From Candidatus Woesebacteria bacterium (GTDB lineage: Bacteria > Patescibacteriota > Microgenomatia > UBA8517), in assembly GCA_963716475.1 (NCBI GenBank), contig OY970314.1:854508-918507 (forward strand): a stretch of DNA of 64,000 nucleotides, given 5' to 3'. Below are positions 17,243-27,754 of this stretch, in pieces. Within the stretch, counting starts at the first letter, position 1. Every line of letters begins with the position of its first letter. Position numbers and translations under genes: made by a program. Below the pieces are notes generated by a model. The model ran no database searches. It was not told the origin of the DNA and saw nothing but the letters and a program-made list of their open reading frames with translations.

Positions 17243-17325
17243 GGAGGAGTCACCTAGCGGCTATGGTACGCGCTTGGAAAGCGCGCGGGCGTAAGCCCTC
17301 GCGGGTTCGAGTCCCGCCTCCTCCG
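17243..17325 (+). tRNA. tRNA-Ser(GGA)
   Basis: GGAGGAG/CTCCTCC, CGCGC-TT-GGA-AA-GCGCG, long variable arm. Confidence 0.93.
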
Positions 17326-17329
17326 CCCA

Positions 17330-18031
17330 ATGCGGGCAATTTTTCTTAACTCCTGGTTTGGGAAAGTTGGAAAACCGTTTTTTGATTTCATTAAAAGTGA
17401 ATCTCCAAAAACGGATATTTTTTGTTTTATGGAGTTTACTCCGGAGCTTGCTGTCAAGGTGTCCAAAATATTAAAAAACTACAATTGTTTTGTCGAAAAA
17501 GGCGCATTTTTTAAATCGTTTAAGGTTACTGATTGCCAAGTCATTTTTACAAAGGGAAATCTGGAAATATTGTCATCTGGTAGACTGGCTCTTACTACAA
17601 ATTTGACCGTATCAACCGGTTATGCTTCCTATATCACTTTCAAAAAACAAGGAAGAATTGTTAATCTCTTGAATGTTCACGGTAAATCCCTACCCGGGCA
17701 CAAAATGGACACGCCGACGAGACTTAAACAATCGAAAACAATAATAGATTTTTTGAAGGCCAAAAGCGGTCCAAAGGTAATCGGAGGGGATTTTAATTTA
17801 ATGCCGGATACAAAAAGCATTGCGATGTTTGAAAATGCCGGCTATAGAAATCTAATTAAGGACTTTGGGGTTAAAAATACCAGAAACAAACTTTCCTGGA
17901 GGCAATTTAATAATCTCCAGTATTTTGCCGATTTTGTGTTTGTCTCAAAGGAAGTAAAAGTAAATAAGTTTGAAGTTCCCTATATGGAGATTTCGGACCA
18001 CTTGCCTCAAATTTTAGATTTTGAGGTTTAA
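17330..18031 (+). CDS. Endonuclease/exonuclease/phosphatase family protein
   Basis: DIFCFME, NVHG, GGDFN, DFVFVS, SDHLP. Confidence 0.9.
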   Translation: MRAIFLNSWFGKVGKPFFDFIKSESPKTDIFCFMEFTPELAVKVSKILKNYNCFVEKGAFFKSFKVTDCQVIFTKGNLEILSSGRLALTTNLTVSTGYASYITFKKQGRIVNLLNVHGKSLPGHKMDTPTRLKQSKTIIDFLKAKSGPKVIGGDFNLMPDTKSIAMFENAGYRNLIKDFGVKNTRNKLSWRQFNNLQYFADFVFVSKEVKVNKFEVPYMEISDHLPQILDFEV

Positions 18032-18039
18032 AACCCTAA

Positions 18040-19548
18040 ATGAAGAACCCAAAATATTTTAAATATGCTTTCTATTTAATAATCGGCCTATTTGTGTTTT
18101 ATAGGGCGCTGTCTTTTCTGGATCCGGACTTCGGCTGGCATTTGACCATGGGGAACCTGATATTAAAGTCAGGGATTCCGAAAACCGACCCTTTTTCCTA
18201 TACAATGCCCTCTTTTCCTTTTATCGAGTATGAGTGGCTGGTCGACGTTGTCCTTGCAAAAATGTATCCGATCCTCGGCTTAGCCGGAATATCAATATTG
18301 TTTTCGGTCCTTTTTTTGTCGGCGGTTCTTGTTTCCGTATCCAAATCAAAAAAATTTAAGATCACACTTTTCATTATTGGAATTTCCTCAATGATTCCGT
18401 TTTTTTCAGTTTCACCGAAGATTTTTTCCTGGTTACTGCTTTCGATATTTACTTTTGCTGTATTAAATGAAACCTTTTGGGAAAAATATTGGCTGCTCAC
18501 TCCATTAATAATTATTTTATGGGCAAATTTACACGGGAGCTTTCCCGAAGCTTTAGTCATTCTGCTGGTTATTTTAATTTGTAAAAGTTTCAGGGAAAAA
18601 CGTATTTGGGTGAAAGGGCTACTGGTAACGTTTTTAAGTTTTTTGGCTACCATGGTTAACCCTTACGGACTTAAACTTTGGTCGCTTGTTTGGGTGACCA
18701 TTTCTAACCCCGTTCTTAAGTACAGAATTGAGGAATGGCAGCCAACATATTTGAATTTGTTCGCATTCTCTTTTCTGGCCATTTTTTTATTTACAATCTC
18801 CCTGGTCTTTATTTCCAGATATTGGCGTAGGTTTAGGACAGAGGAAATACTTTTGAACTTTATATTTTTTATTCAGGCAATTCTTGCCGTTAGAATGATT
18901 CCTTACTGGGTTCTAATTGATCTGCCAATGATTGCGGTGGCGATAGAATACTTTGCCGGAGAGATAGCAGGAAGCAGGATCGGGAAAAAAAGATTTCTGA
19001 TTTTTTCCAAGGCTGCACTTCTCTTCGTCGGTATCGGTTTTGTTTCTCAGTGTCTCATTAATGCCTTTCTTTATTCAAATTCCCATAAGGAGGACCTTTT
19101 TTATCCTAAAAAGGCCGTTTTGTATTTGAAAGAGAACCTTCCGAAAGGCCAACTTTTTTCCGAATACAATTGGGGAGGATATCTGATTTGGAAACTGCCG
19201 GAAAAGAAAGTTTTTATCAGCGGAATGATGCCTGTTTGGAAATGGCAGGCGGACGTCCCCGGCGAATCAAACGATGCGATGACCGACTATCTTGATATGT
19301 CAGAAGGTAAAATTTCGTATCAGGTAGTTTTTAATAAATACAAAATAGACACAGCTTTATTGTCGATGCCGGAAGATCCCGGGCCGATAATCAAATTCTC
19401 TGAAAAATTTGCGTCTTTTCTAGGAATTCCGACAAGCGTTAATGCAAAAAGCCTGCTATATGGTGAGCTGGAAAAAGACGGTTGGACGCAATTGTATAAA
19501 GATAACTCTTCAGTTATTTTAAAAAGTCCTCACCCCGAAAACCTTTGA
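18040..19548 (+). CDS. Polytopic membrane protein, GT-C glycosyltransferase-like
   Basis: DPDFGWHL, DPFSYT, EWL, WANLHGSF, NPYG, YNWGGYL motifs. Confidence 0.75.
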   Translation: MKNPKYFKYAFYLIIGLFVFYRALSFLDPDFGWHLTMGNLILKSGIPKTDPFSYTMPSFPFIEYEWLVDVVLAKMYPILGLAGISILFSVLFLSAVLVSVSKSKKFKITLFIIGISSMIPFFSVSPKIFSWLLLSIFTFAVLNETFWEKYWLLTPLIIILWANLHGSFPEALVILLVILICKSFREKRIWVKGLLVTFLSFLATMVNPYGLKLWSLVWVTISNPVLKYRIEEWQPTYLNLFAFSFLAIFLFTISLVFISRYWRRFRTEEILLNFIFFIQAILAVRMIPYWVLIDLPMIAVAIEYFAGEIAGSRIGKKRFLIFSKAALLFVGIGFVSQCLINAFLYSNSHKEDLFYPKKAVLYLKENLPKGQLFSEYNWGGYLIWKLPEKKVFISGMMPVWKWQADVPGESNDAMTDYLDMSEGKISYQVVFNKYKIDTALLSMPEDPGPIIKFSEKFASFLGIPTSVNAKSLLYGELEKDGWTQLYKDNSSVILKSPHPENL

Positions 19549-19572
19549 GAAACGAATCTTCATATTTGCTGG

Positions 19573-20670
19573 TTATATTTTAACTGATTTTAAACTTGAC
19601 CCGACGTTACAGTTGAACTTCCAAGGCATGAGAATTTTCATTAACCGATAAACCCACGCCGGAATGTGGGGATTAGAGCAGGTAAAAACGGGGCTTTTCA
19701 GCCATCCCGGTGGGTTATTGTGTGGTGCGGGTGTTGATAACGGAGTAGGAAACGGTGTTGGCACCATGGTGGGGGATTCTGTCGGAGAAGGCTTAGGAGT
19801 TTCGGTTGGCGTCGGGGAGGGCGACTCTTCTGGAGTGGAAGTAGCAGGAGCGGGTGTGGTTACCGGAGTTGGCGATTCACTTGGAACGGGTGTTGGTGTT
19901 TCGGTGGGGATGGGAGTTGGCATTTCGGTCGGCGTAGCGGTTGCAATCTCCGTAGGTGTTGGAGACGGAGTTTCTGTAGGCAATTCGGTTGGAAGTGCTG
20001 TGGGTGTGGCTGTTGGCGTTTCTGTTGGTATCGGCGTTTCCGTGGGCGAGGGTGTAGGACTTTCACTCGGAGACGGACTTGGCGATGGAGTTACGATGTG
20101 AGACTGAGAGTTACGAGGGTCAGATGGTGTTAGAAGTTCAAAATCTGAGGAGTTGTTATCCGTATCCGAAATCCTTTTTATACTTCCATTTGGTAAAGGA
20201 TTGTTCGGAAACAGAGATCCTAAATAGTCTTTTGCCGTACCAAAACCGACTTTATCCATTAAAGTCGATCCGGCATTACCATAAAGTAGGACAGTATAGT
20301 TGTTTGTCAAATTGTAACTTGGGGCAGAGTAGTGTGTATCAGCGGTAACGCTACCATTATACCCGTCACCGTCCTCGATAAGAAAAAATCCAAAAGCCGG
20401 TACGGTTCCGTTTAAAGCTAAAACAAGATTTGCTTCGGTTCCTGAACTGTTTTTTCTTGTGAGTTTCCAATTGTTCATAGTAACCGGTAAATTGGTTGGA
20501 TTATAAAGTTCCACAAATTCATCATCCGAAGCGTTGAGGCCGTCTCCGAAAATCTGGATCTGTGAGATCAGAACATGGCTGCCGGCGCCTTTTATAGGAC
20601 CTGAACGTAAAAAGAAAATTACTGCTAGAATTAAAATAGAAAGAAGGATAATATAAAGTCTCTTTAACAT
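19573..20670 (-). CDS. Lamin-tail-domain surface protein with Pro/Thr-rich stalk
   Basis: VLISQIQ, DEFVELYNPT, DTDNNSSDF, long PT repeat. Confidence 0.85.
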   Translation of the reverse strand: MLKRLYIILLSILILAVIFFLRSGPIKGAGSHVLISQIQIFGDGLNASDDEFVELYNPTNLPVTMNNWKLTRKNSSGTEANLVLALNGTVPAFGFFLIEDGDGYNGSVTADTHYSAPSYNLTNNYTVLLYGNAGSTLMDKVGFGTAKDYLGSLFPNNPLPNGSIKRISDTDNNSSDFELLTPSDPRNSQSHIVTPSPSPSPSESPTPSPTETPIPTETPTATPTALPTELPTETPSPTPTEIATATPTEMPTPIPTETPTPVPSESPTPVTTPAPATSTPEESPSPTPTETPKPSPTESPTMVPTPFPTPLSTPAPHNNPPGWLKSPVFTCSNPHIPAWVYRLMKILMPWKFNCNVGSSLKSVKI

Positions 20671-20766
20671 ATACTAAGTTTAGAAACTGTAATATATATT
20701 TGTCAATTAAATCTTTTTATATCATTTCATCTTTTCTTCGGGTGAGGATGATATAATCGAACCAAG

Positions 20767-22569
20767 ATGAACAACCAAATTGAAGAAGTTAAGTCAAGAA
20801 CAGATATAGTATCAATAATCGGAGAAAGAATTGAACTTAAAAAAGCCGGTAGGAATTTTAAATCTTCCTGTCCTTTCCACGGAGAAAAAACCCCTTCTTT
20901 TATGGTTTCTCCCGAACTCCAAATATTTAAATGTTTCGGCTGCGGTGAGGCGGGGGACGTTTATGCTTTCCTGGAGAAATATGAAGGGATGGAGTTTGGG
21001 GAAGCTTTAAAGTTTCTTGCCGACAGAGCCGGGATTAAGCTTGAAAGAACAAAGTTCGGAGAGTCTTCCGAAAAAGAAAAACTTGTTGAAATCAACACCC
21101 AGGTTGTACGTTTTTATAATTATTTGCTCCTAGAGCACCCGGTTGGGGTGAAGGCGCTCGAATATCTGGAGAAGCAAAGAGGCTTAAAAAAGGAGACAAT
21201 AGAGGAATTTAAATTAGGCTTTTCTCCTGAAAATTCTTACGCATTAAAAAAATTCCTTGTTGATAAGAAGAAATTCTTGCCAACCGAAATTGAGAAAGCA
21301 GGAGTAGGAATTCCCCGTGGACAGGAACTTTACGACAGATTTAACGGCAGAGTAATATTTCCGCTTTTTGATCACCGGGGGAACCCGATCGGTTTTGCAG
21401 GCAGGGTTTTGCCCTGGGATAAACGGGAAACGGGTAAATATATAAACTCTCCCGAAACACCGCTTTATCATAAAAGTAATGTTCTCTACGGACTTAATCT
21501 GACCAGGGGATTTATCAAGAAGAAGAAAGTTGCGATTGTTGTTGAGGGAGAACTCGATCTAATTTCTTCATGGCAGGCGGGAATAAAGAATATTGTTGCA
21601 ATCAAGGGGTCAGCATTAACCGACGAACAAGTGAAGCTCCTGTCACGCTTTGCCCAAAAGTTTATTCTGGCACTTGATAGTGATATGGCGGGAGACGCGG
21701 CAGCCCGGCGCGGAATTAAGGTCGCAAGCGATATTGGAGTTGAGGTTAAGGTCGCAAGGATAACAGGTTTTAAAGATCCTGATGAAGCGGCCAGGGGAAA
21801 TATAGAAAGCTATAAAAAGGATTTGATTGCAGCGGAAGGTGTTTATGATTATTTTATTGACTCGGTTTTTGCTAGAGTTGACCCTGAAAGCGGAGCCGGA
21901 AAATCCAAAATTTCAAAAGAAATAATTCCGATTTTAGGTGAAATTGGAGACAAAATTGTCCAGTCGCATTATGCCAATGTTGTAGCCAGAAAACTTGGAG
22001 TTCCGCTTGAGGCAGTACTGGAAGAGCTTGCTAAAATTTCGGATAAAAGTACGGTTAATCCTGAGAATACTCCTTCATTTAAATCTTCGGAAGGAACTGT
22101 CAAACGGGAAGTTTTAGAAGAAAGACTCTTAACTCTGGCTTTTCAGTCTGACCCAAAAATACTTCTTTCCGGGAAGGGCACAGGTCTTATTACGTTGCCT
22201 CTAAATAAGAGACTGGTGGAAGAGTATGTTAAATTTGATACCGGTAAGGCATTTAATGTGACGGAATTTGGTAAAAGCCTGCCTGCTGAACTTTTTGACG
22301 GGTTTTCCAAAATGGTACTCAGTGACAACCAGAATTTACTGGACAACCCCGATGAACTAACTCGGGAGTTGGATTTAGTCAAAAAAGAGCTTAAAATACA
22401 TACTGTAAAAGAAAAGCTTAAGCTTTTGGCCTCTCAAATGCGGGAGACGGAAGAAAATGGCGACAAAGAGAAGCTTCTTGCGGCTCAAAATGAATTTAAC
22501 AAACTCGCCAGATCACTTTCCGGTTACGAAGAAGAAACGGGAGGAGGCTTAATTCTAAATGAGGAGTAA
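20767..22569 (+). CDS. dnaG: DNA primase
   Basis: CPFHGEKTPSF, CFGC, KYINSPET, VEGELD, DSDMAG. Confidence 0.98.
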   Translation: MNNQIEEVKSRTDIVSIIGERIELKKAGRNFKSSCPFHGEKTPSFMVSPELQIFKCFGCGEAGDVYAFLEKYEGMEFGEALKFLADRAGIKLERTKFGESSEKEKLVEINTQVVRFYNYLLLEHPVGVKALEYLEKQRGLKKETIEEFKLGFSPENSYALKKFLVDKKKFLPTEIEKAGVGIPRGQELYDRFNGRVIFPLFDHRGNPIGFAGRVLPWDKRETGKYINSPETPLYHKSNVLYGLNLTRGFIKKKKVAIVVEGELDLISSWQAGIKNIVAIKGSALTDEQVKLLSRFAQKFILALDSDMAGDAAARRGIKVASDIGVEVKVARITGFKDPDEAARGNIESYKKDLIAAEGVYDYFIDSVFARVDPESGAGKSKISKEIIPILGEIGDKIVQSHYANVVARKLGVPLEAVLEELAKISDKSTVNPENTPSFKSSEGTVKREVLEERLLTLAFQSDPKILLSGKGTGLITLPLNKRLVEEYVKFDTGKAFNVTEFGKSLPAELFDGFSKMVLSDNQNLLDNPDELTRELDLVKKELKIHTVKEKLKLLASQMRETEENGDKEKLLAAQNEFNKLARSLSGYEEETGGGLILNEE

Positions 22570-22591
22570 AATGATTGCGATCACCTGCTTC

Positions 22592-22611
22592 GCCCACATC
22601 TTGATGTGGGC
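22592..22611. repeat. Perfect intergenic hairpin
   Basis: GCCCACATC-TT-GATGTGGGC. Confidence 0.7.
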
Positions 22612-22651
22612 TCAAGAGGTATGATAGATAGCAAATCATGTACTACGTAAT

Positions 22652-23731
22652 ATGATTCGAAAACCAGTTCTGGATTTGATAAAAAAAGGCCGTGATCAGG
22701 GTTTTTTAACCCAGGAAGATATCATGGAAGTTTTTCCTGACGCTGAAGAAAGGGTTCCGGAACTCGATGATTTCTACGAGAAGCTTTTGGCCGAAGGAAT
22801 AGACGTTTTTGAATCGGTAACCCCCGGGGAGATTGAAAGTGACGAAAAGGCCAAAGAAAAACTTGACCGTGAGATTGAGCTTCTGACCAAACTCGAAGGA
22901 ATAGAATCTACAGACCCCGTCAGGCAATATCTCAGAGAAATCGGTCGGGTTCCTCTTCTTTTGGCAGAGGATGAAGTTGAACTTGCAAAAAGATACGAGA
23001 AGGCTGACAAAAAGGCAAAGGACAAACTCACCGAGAGTAACTTAAGGCTTGTGGTTTCAATTGCCAAGAAATATATAGGCCGCGGCCTTTCCCTTCTGGA
23101 CCTTATCCAGGAAGGGAATCAGGGGCTAATCCGTGCTGTTGAGAAATACGACTGGAGGAAAGGTTACAAATTTTCAACTTATGCAACCTGGTGGATCAGG
23201 CAAGCAATCACCCGTGCCATTGCCGACCAGGCCCGCACAATCAGAATTCCGGTTCACATGGTCGAAACAATAAACAAAATTTATAGGACCAGCAGGCGTC
23301 TGATGCAGGAACTTGGCAGGGAGCCTACTCCTGAGGAAATCGGGGAAGAACTGGAATTGGAGGGTGACCGGGTTAGGGAGATTTTCAAAATTGCCCAGGA
23401 GACGACTTCTCTGGAAGCCCCGGTCGGGGAAGACCAGGAAAGCTTTTTGGGAGATTTTATTCCGGATGAAAATACTCTTTCACCCGTTGACCAGGCCAGT
23501 AAGCAGCTTTTGAAGGATCACTTGGAGGAAGTTCTTGGAACATTATCTGAAAGAGAAGCCAAGGTTTTAAAACTCAGATTTGGTCTCGAGGGTAGTAAGG
23601 CAATGACTCTTGAGGAAGTCGGTAAGGTTTTTGGGGTCACCCGTGAACGTATACGTCAGATTGAAGCAAAGGCCTTGAGAAAACTTAAACATCCTTCCCG
23701 CCGCAAGAAACTTCAGGATTATTTGGATTAG
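22652..23731 (+). CDS. rpoD: Primary sigma factor
   Basis: [50 protein letters not shown]. Confidence 0.98.
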   Translation: MIRKPVLDLIKKGRDQGFLTQEDIMEVFPDAEERVPELDDFYEKLLAEGIDVFESVTPGEIESDEKAKEKLDREIELLTKLEGIESTDPVRQYLREIGRVPLLLAEDEVELAKRYEKADKKAKDKLTESNLRLVVSIAKKYIGRGLSLLDLIQEGNQGLIRAVEKYDWRKGYKFSTYATWWIRQAITRAIADQARTIRIPVHMVETINKIYRTSRRLMQELGREPTPEEIGEELELEGDRVREIFKIAQETTSLEAPVGEDQESFLGDFIPDENTLSPVDQASKQLLKDHLEEVLGTLSEREAKVLKLRFGLEGSKAMTLEEVGKVFGVTRERIRQIEAKALRKLKHPSRRKKLQDYLD

Positions 23732-24741
23732 AGGTTATATCTCTCTTTAATCTTAGGGAGCAGGTATTCTTCGAAGGTCTTTTTGAAATCGTATTCAGGT
23801 TTCCAGCCCCAGTCTTTTTGGGCGAGGGTGTCGTCAACATCCTCCGGCCAGGAATCAACAATGCCTTGTCTGATTTTATTCACTTTGTAAGTGATTTTTG
23901 TGCCGGGGAAAAGCTTATGGGCTTCTTTTTCGATATCTTCTGCCGAGGGGCTAAAACCACGGACATTGTAAATTTGTGTAGTAAGTACTTTCTTTGGCTT
24001 TTCGGCGAGAGTGATGATTGCACGGACGGCATCGTGCATAGCCATAAAAGGAATTTTGGTATCCGGTCTGACGAAGCATTCATAGTCTTTACCTTGAGCG
24101 GCCATATGAATCATCTCGGGCCCATAATCACTGGTTCCACCGGAGGGGATGGTATCGGGGGAGAGTAACCCCGGAAATCTTACACATCTGAAATCAATTA
24201 GTTTGTCTCTGTCTATTTCCGCAAGCATTTGATAGTTTTTGGAAAAATAAACTCCCAAGTTTTCCGTAAAGATTTTTGTAATTCCGTAAATTGTTGTCGG
24301 ATCGGTAAATTCATTCTCTTTGACCTTTCCGGCCCTTTTCTTCGTTTTTAAATCGGGCATGCCGTAAGCGGCGATAGAGCTTGGGAAAATAAATTTAACA
24401 GACTTTTTAGAAAAAATGGCCTGTCGGGTGGCTAATTCAAGAACATTAATTGATCCGGTTACATTTACATTAATTGCGGCTTCAGGATTTTTTTCTCCAC
24501 CGGTTGAGAGTATAGAAGCCAGGTGAAAGATAGTATCAAATTGATGTTTTTCAAAAACTTTTTCGAGAGAGTCCTTGTCGGTTACGTCAACAATATAAAA
24601 CTTGTCGCACCACTTCTTGGACTGAGAAGAGAGATCATTGAGGCTGGTGGCAACTACAAAATTTTTCTTGTTTTTTTTAAGCTCGCGAATTAGTGTAAAT
24701 CCGACTTCACCACCGACACCGGTAATGAGAATTTGATTCAT
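23728..24741 (-). CDS. SDR-type L-threonine 3-dehydrogenase (probable)
   Basis: [36 protein letters not shown]; coupled to kbl. Confidence 0.8.
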   Translation of the reverse strand: MNQILITGVGGEVGFTLIRELKKNKKNFVVATSLNDLSSQSKKWCDKFYIVDVTDKDSLEKVFEKHQFDTIFHLASILSTGGEKNPEAAINVNVTGSINVLELATRQAIFSKKSVKFIFPSSIAAYGMPDLKTKKRAGKVKENEFTDPTTIYGITKIFTENLGVYFSKNYQMLAEIDRDKLIDFRCVRFPGLLSPDTIPSGGTSDYGPEMIHMAAQGKDYECFVRPDTKIPFMAMHDAVRAIITLAEKPKKVLTTQIYNVRGFSPSAEDIEKEAHKLFPGTKITYKVNKIRQGIVDSWPEDVDDTLAQKDWGWKPEYDFKKTFEEYLLPKIKERYNL

Positions 24742-25910
24742 ATTACCTTGAGTTTTTTGCCAACTTTTGCAAAAATTTTGAGGGCGCGATCGAGGTGTGC
24801 TTTTGTGTGTCCCGCAGAGTTCATAATTCTGATTCTGGCCTTGCCTTGGGCGACCGTCGGGTAAACTATTGCTTTTGCAAAAAGTCCCTCCGAAAACAGC
24901 TCTTTGCTGAAATCCTGTGCCAGCTTCGAATCCCCGAGCATCAGGGGAATAATGGGTGAGATACTTGTCCCCGTATCAAAGCCAAGGCGCTTGAGACCGG
25001 CTCTTAAGTAGTCGGCATTTTTCCAGAGTGTTTTAACTAAGCCTCCGGATTTAGTCAAAAGCTTTACTGCCGCGATACATGCTGCCACATCCGGAATTGT
25101 CATGGCCGAACTAAAAAGGAAAGGCCTGCCGCGCTGGGAGAGCCACTCAATTACCTCGGTTTTACCGGCGACGATTCCGCCGACAACGCCGAAAGCCTTG
25201 CTCATTGTTCCGACTTCGACATCCACTTTTCCATGAAGCCTAAAATGATCTACGATTCCCCGGCCTGAATCTCCCAGGACCCCTTCCCCGTGAGCATCAT
25301 CAACCATTAGCATTGCTCCGTATTTGGAAGTAACCGCGTAAATTTTATCCAGGGGAGCGATATCTCCGTCCATGGAAAACACTCCATCTGTGATAACCAA
25401 TTTTTTAACCTTCGGATCGGCAACCTTTAGTTTTTCTTCCAAATCGGCAGGATTAATGTGGGCATATCTGATCACTTCTGCCTTACTCAGCCGGCAGCCA
25501 TCAATAATACTGGCGTGATTGAGCTCGTCTGAGAAAATTAAATCTCCTTCACCGACTAAGGCGGGGATGACGGCAAGATTTGCCGAAAATCCGCTTTGAA
25601 ATGTGATTACAGCCTCTGTTTTCTTAAATTTGGCAAGGACGGTTTCAAGTTCTTTATGCAAGACTGTTGTTCCGGCAATGGTACGAACTGCGGCAGGGCC
25701 GATTCCGTATTTTTTGATAGCCTCGATGGCCGCCCTTTTCATTTCGGGGTTATTGGCCAGGCCCAGATAGTTATTTGAGCAGAAATTGAGAACTTTTTTG
25801 CCGTTTACGACCATTTCCGGTCCCACCGCGCTTCCAATGGTCAGGATATTGTTATAAAGATGTTGTTTCTTGAGATCGTCAACTTGTTTTTTTATCCAGT
25901 CTGTAGACAT
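24738..25910 (-). CDS. kbl: Glycine C-acetyltransferase
   Basis: [46 protein letters not shown]. Confidence 0.88.
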   Translation of the reverse strand: MSTDWIKKQVDDLKKQHLYNNILTIGSAVGPEMVVNGKKVLNFCSNNYLGLANNPEMKRAAIEAIKKYGIGPAAVRTIAGTTVLHKELETVLAKFKKTEAVITFQSGFSANLAVIPALVGEGDLIFSDELNHASIIDGCRLSKAEVIRYAHINPADLEEKLKVADPKVKKLVITDGVFSMDGDIAPLDKIYAVTSKYGAMLMVDDAHGEGVLGDSGRGIVDHFRLHGKVDVEVGTMSKAFGVVGGIVAGKTEVIEWLSQRGRPFLFSSAMTIPDVAACIAAVKLLTKSGGLVKTLWKNADYLRAGLKRLGFDTGTSISPIIPLMLGDSKLAQDFSKELFSEGLFAKAIVYPTVAQGKARIRIMNSAGHTKAHLDRALKIFAKVGKKLKVI

Positions 25911-25969
25911 GAGGTGATTATACAACACCAGTGAAAAATTGGTATAATTGGCTTCGGAATACGAGATAT

Positions 25970-26041
25970 TCCCCGGTAGCTCAGCGGTAGAGCGGATTCC
26001 TGTTAAGAATAAGGTCGCTGGTCCGAATCCAGCCCGGGGAG
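25970..26041 (+). tRNA. tRNA-Asn(GTT)
   Basis: TCCCCGG/CCGGGGA, ATTC-CT-GTT-AA-GAAT, GCTGG-TCCGAAT-CCAGC. Confidence 0.9.
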
Positions 26042-26104
26042 CTGAGGCTGAAATTGGGTACCTGTTTTGGTCTTATTATAACTAGTTGCTGTATAATTGG
26101 TTCT

Positions 26105-26902
26105 GTGATTAAAGATATTAGAGTTGTTGCTATTCAGGCAAAGGTTCCCAAATCTAAAGACGAAGGAGAAAGTCAGATTAAAAGACTTGTCGCAAAGGTT
26201 GTAAAAGAGCCAGTGGACATGGTTGGTTTGCCTGAAGATTGTGTTGCGTCATACGACGAGATTAGGTCTGGTTATGATGCTCTAAAGTTTCTTGCTTCAG
26301 TAGCAAAAGAAAATAAAGTTTATCTTTTTGGTGCTACCGCTGTTTTAGAAAAAGATGGTTTGCACAATCGAGGCTTCCTGTTCGACAGGGAAGGGGGTTT
26401 AATATCTACTCACGATAAGATAGTTCTAACTCCAACTGAAGAGAAAGAGATTATTCCTGGAAACACCCTCGAAGTATTTGATACCGAGTTTGGAAAAATG
26501 GCCATCTTAGTCTGCAAAGACTCATTTCATCGTTATGCAGCTTGGTTTTTTGATAAGTTAAAGAAGGCTGGGGCAGATATAATATTAATCCCTTCTTATT
26601 CCCTAAATGTTTCGAAAAGGTCTGTTGAGCTTTGGGTTGACTCACTTAAAGCTTTAGCCAAGTGGTTTGATGTTTATATAGTTGCTCCTGGAACAATAGG
26701 ACCCAATGCCACAGATTTTCCTTCATTCGGCCACGCCTTAATTGTTTGTCCTAATCGAGTTATTTTGAAAGAGGGTTCTTTTGATAACGAAGAAGTATTA
26801 AGAGCAACTCTTGATGTTAAATCTCTGGAAGAGATAAGAAGCACCTATGGTTCTAAGTGGCAGCCAAAAGAAGTTCCTAATGTCGAAGTCATATCGAAAT
26901 GA
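26105..26902 (+). CDS. Carbon-nitrogen hydrolase (nitrilase family)
   Basis: LPE, HDK, LVCKD catalytic E-K-C motifs; GTG start after TATAAT. Confidence 0.88.
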   Translation: MIKDIRVVAIQAKVPKSKDEGESQIKRLVAKVVKEPVDMVGLPEDCVASYDEIRSGYDALKFLASVAKENKVYLFGATAVLEKDGLHNRGFLFDREGGLISTHDKIVLTPTEEKEIIPGNTLEVFDTEFGKMAILVCKDSFHRYAAWFFDKLKKAGADIILIPSYSLNVSKRSVELWVDSLKALAKWFDVYIVAPGTIGPNATDFPSFGHALIVCPNRVILKEGSFDNEEVLRATLDVKSLEEIRSTYGSKWQPKEVPNVEVISK

Positions 26903-26908
26903 CAAATA

Positions 26909-27523
26909 ATGAAAACTACAAATATGGTAGATAAAACAGTTGAATATTACGACAGAGAAGCGGAAAAGTGGGCCTCTGCCCATCGTGGTTATGAAGAAAA
27001 GTCATATTGGCAAGACGAAATGACAAAGTTCCGCACACTTCTACCTTCTGGCAAGGTTTTGGAGGTTGGTTCAGGTACAGGAAAAGATGCTTCTGCCTTG
27101 ATTTCTTTGGGATATGATTATACAGGGACAGATGCCTCGGAGGGTTTACTTAAAATCGCCAGAAAAAGAAATCCAAGTGCAAAGTTTGAACATATGGCTG
27201 TACACAACCTAGATTTTCCAGAGGGAGAGTTTGATGGGTTTTGGACCGCTGCAACCCTACTTCATATACCAAAAGATAGAATCGATGGTGCGTTAACAAG
27301 TATAAAGAATGTGGTAAAACCAGAGGGTTTGGGTTTTATCTCCATGAAGAATGGCGAAGGGGAAAGGACAGACCCTGAAACTGGCCGATGGTTCTCTTAC
27401 TACTCGCAAGATGGGTTTCATGAGGTGTTGGAAAGAAATGGTTTTGAAATTGTCGACCAGACCACTCGACAGGGAGAGAAAGACTTATGGCTCATTTTCT
27501 ATGTCAGAACAGCGAAAGCTTGA
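26909..27523 (+). CDS. Class I SAM-dependent methyltransferase
   Basis: VLEVGSGTGKD, FDGFWTAATLLH. Confidence 0.9.
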   Translation: MKTTNMVDKTVEYYDREAEKWASAHRGYEEKSYWQDEMTKFRTLLPSGKVLEVGSGTGKDASALISLGYDYTGTDASEGLLKIARKRNPSAKFEHMAVHNLDFPEGEFDGFWTAATLLHIPKDRIDGALTSIKNVVKPEGLGFISMKNGEGERTDPETGRWFSYYSQDGFHEVLERNGFEIVDQTTRQGEKDLWLIFYVRTAKA

Positions 27524-27538
27524 GAATTTTGTAGTTTC

Positions 27539-27643
27539 TTAATTTCTTCCCATTTACTCCTAATAGACTCCATTTGAACAGTATCCTGCAAGGCTAAAAA
27601 TATCCTATCCAAGGCTGATATAATAATTTCAGAGCTGGGGAGC
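27539..27643. repeat. att-like repeat copy 1
   Basis: Aligns without gaps to 28355-28459 and 28707-28811; minus-strand ORF 27499-27645 (48 aa). Confidence 0.92.
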
Positions 27644-27703
27644 ATTTTTCTACAGATTTCTTCGGATCTGGTAACCCACGAATACAGGTCGTTTCATGCA
27701 TCA

Positions 27704-27746
27704 AATGTAAATAGCACTTGACATTATGTAAAAGATGTTATACTAT
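27704..27746 (+). promoter_or_regulatory. Promoter with tandem XRE-type operators
   Basis: TTGACA-N17-TACTAT overlapped by TGTAAA-N6-TTGACA and TGTAAA-N6-TATACT. Confidence 0.65.
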
Positions 27747-27754
27747 TCCCATAT

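Noticed and set aside
19664-20101. Gly/Val-rich + strand ORF and similar antisense ORFs
   Set aside because: Shadows of Pro/Thr-rich or other real genes on the opposite strand.
25970-26041. Intron in, or pseudogenisation of, tRNA-Asn
   Set aside because: The anticodon loop is contiguous and the cloverleaf is intact apart from a TCCGAAT T-loop and one anticodon-stem mismatch.
27499-27520. Repeat-1 peptide ends QAFAVLT, like the tmRNA tag end QAFA
   Set aside because: The match is only four residues, is not terminal, overlaps the methyltransferase 3' end and is absent from the other copies.
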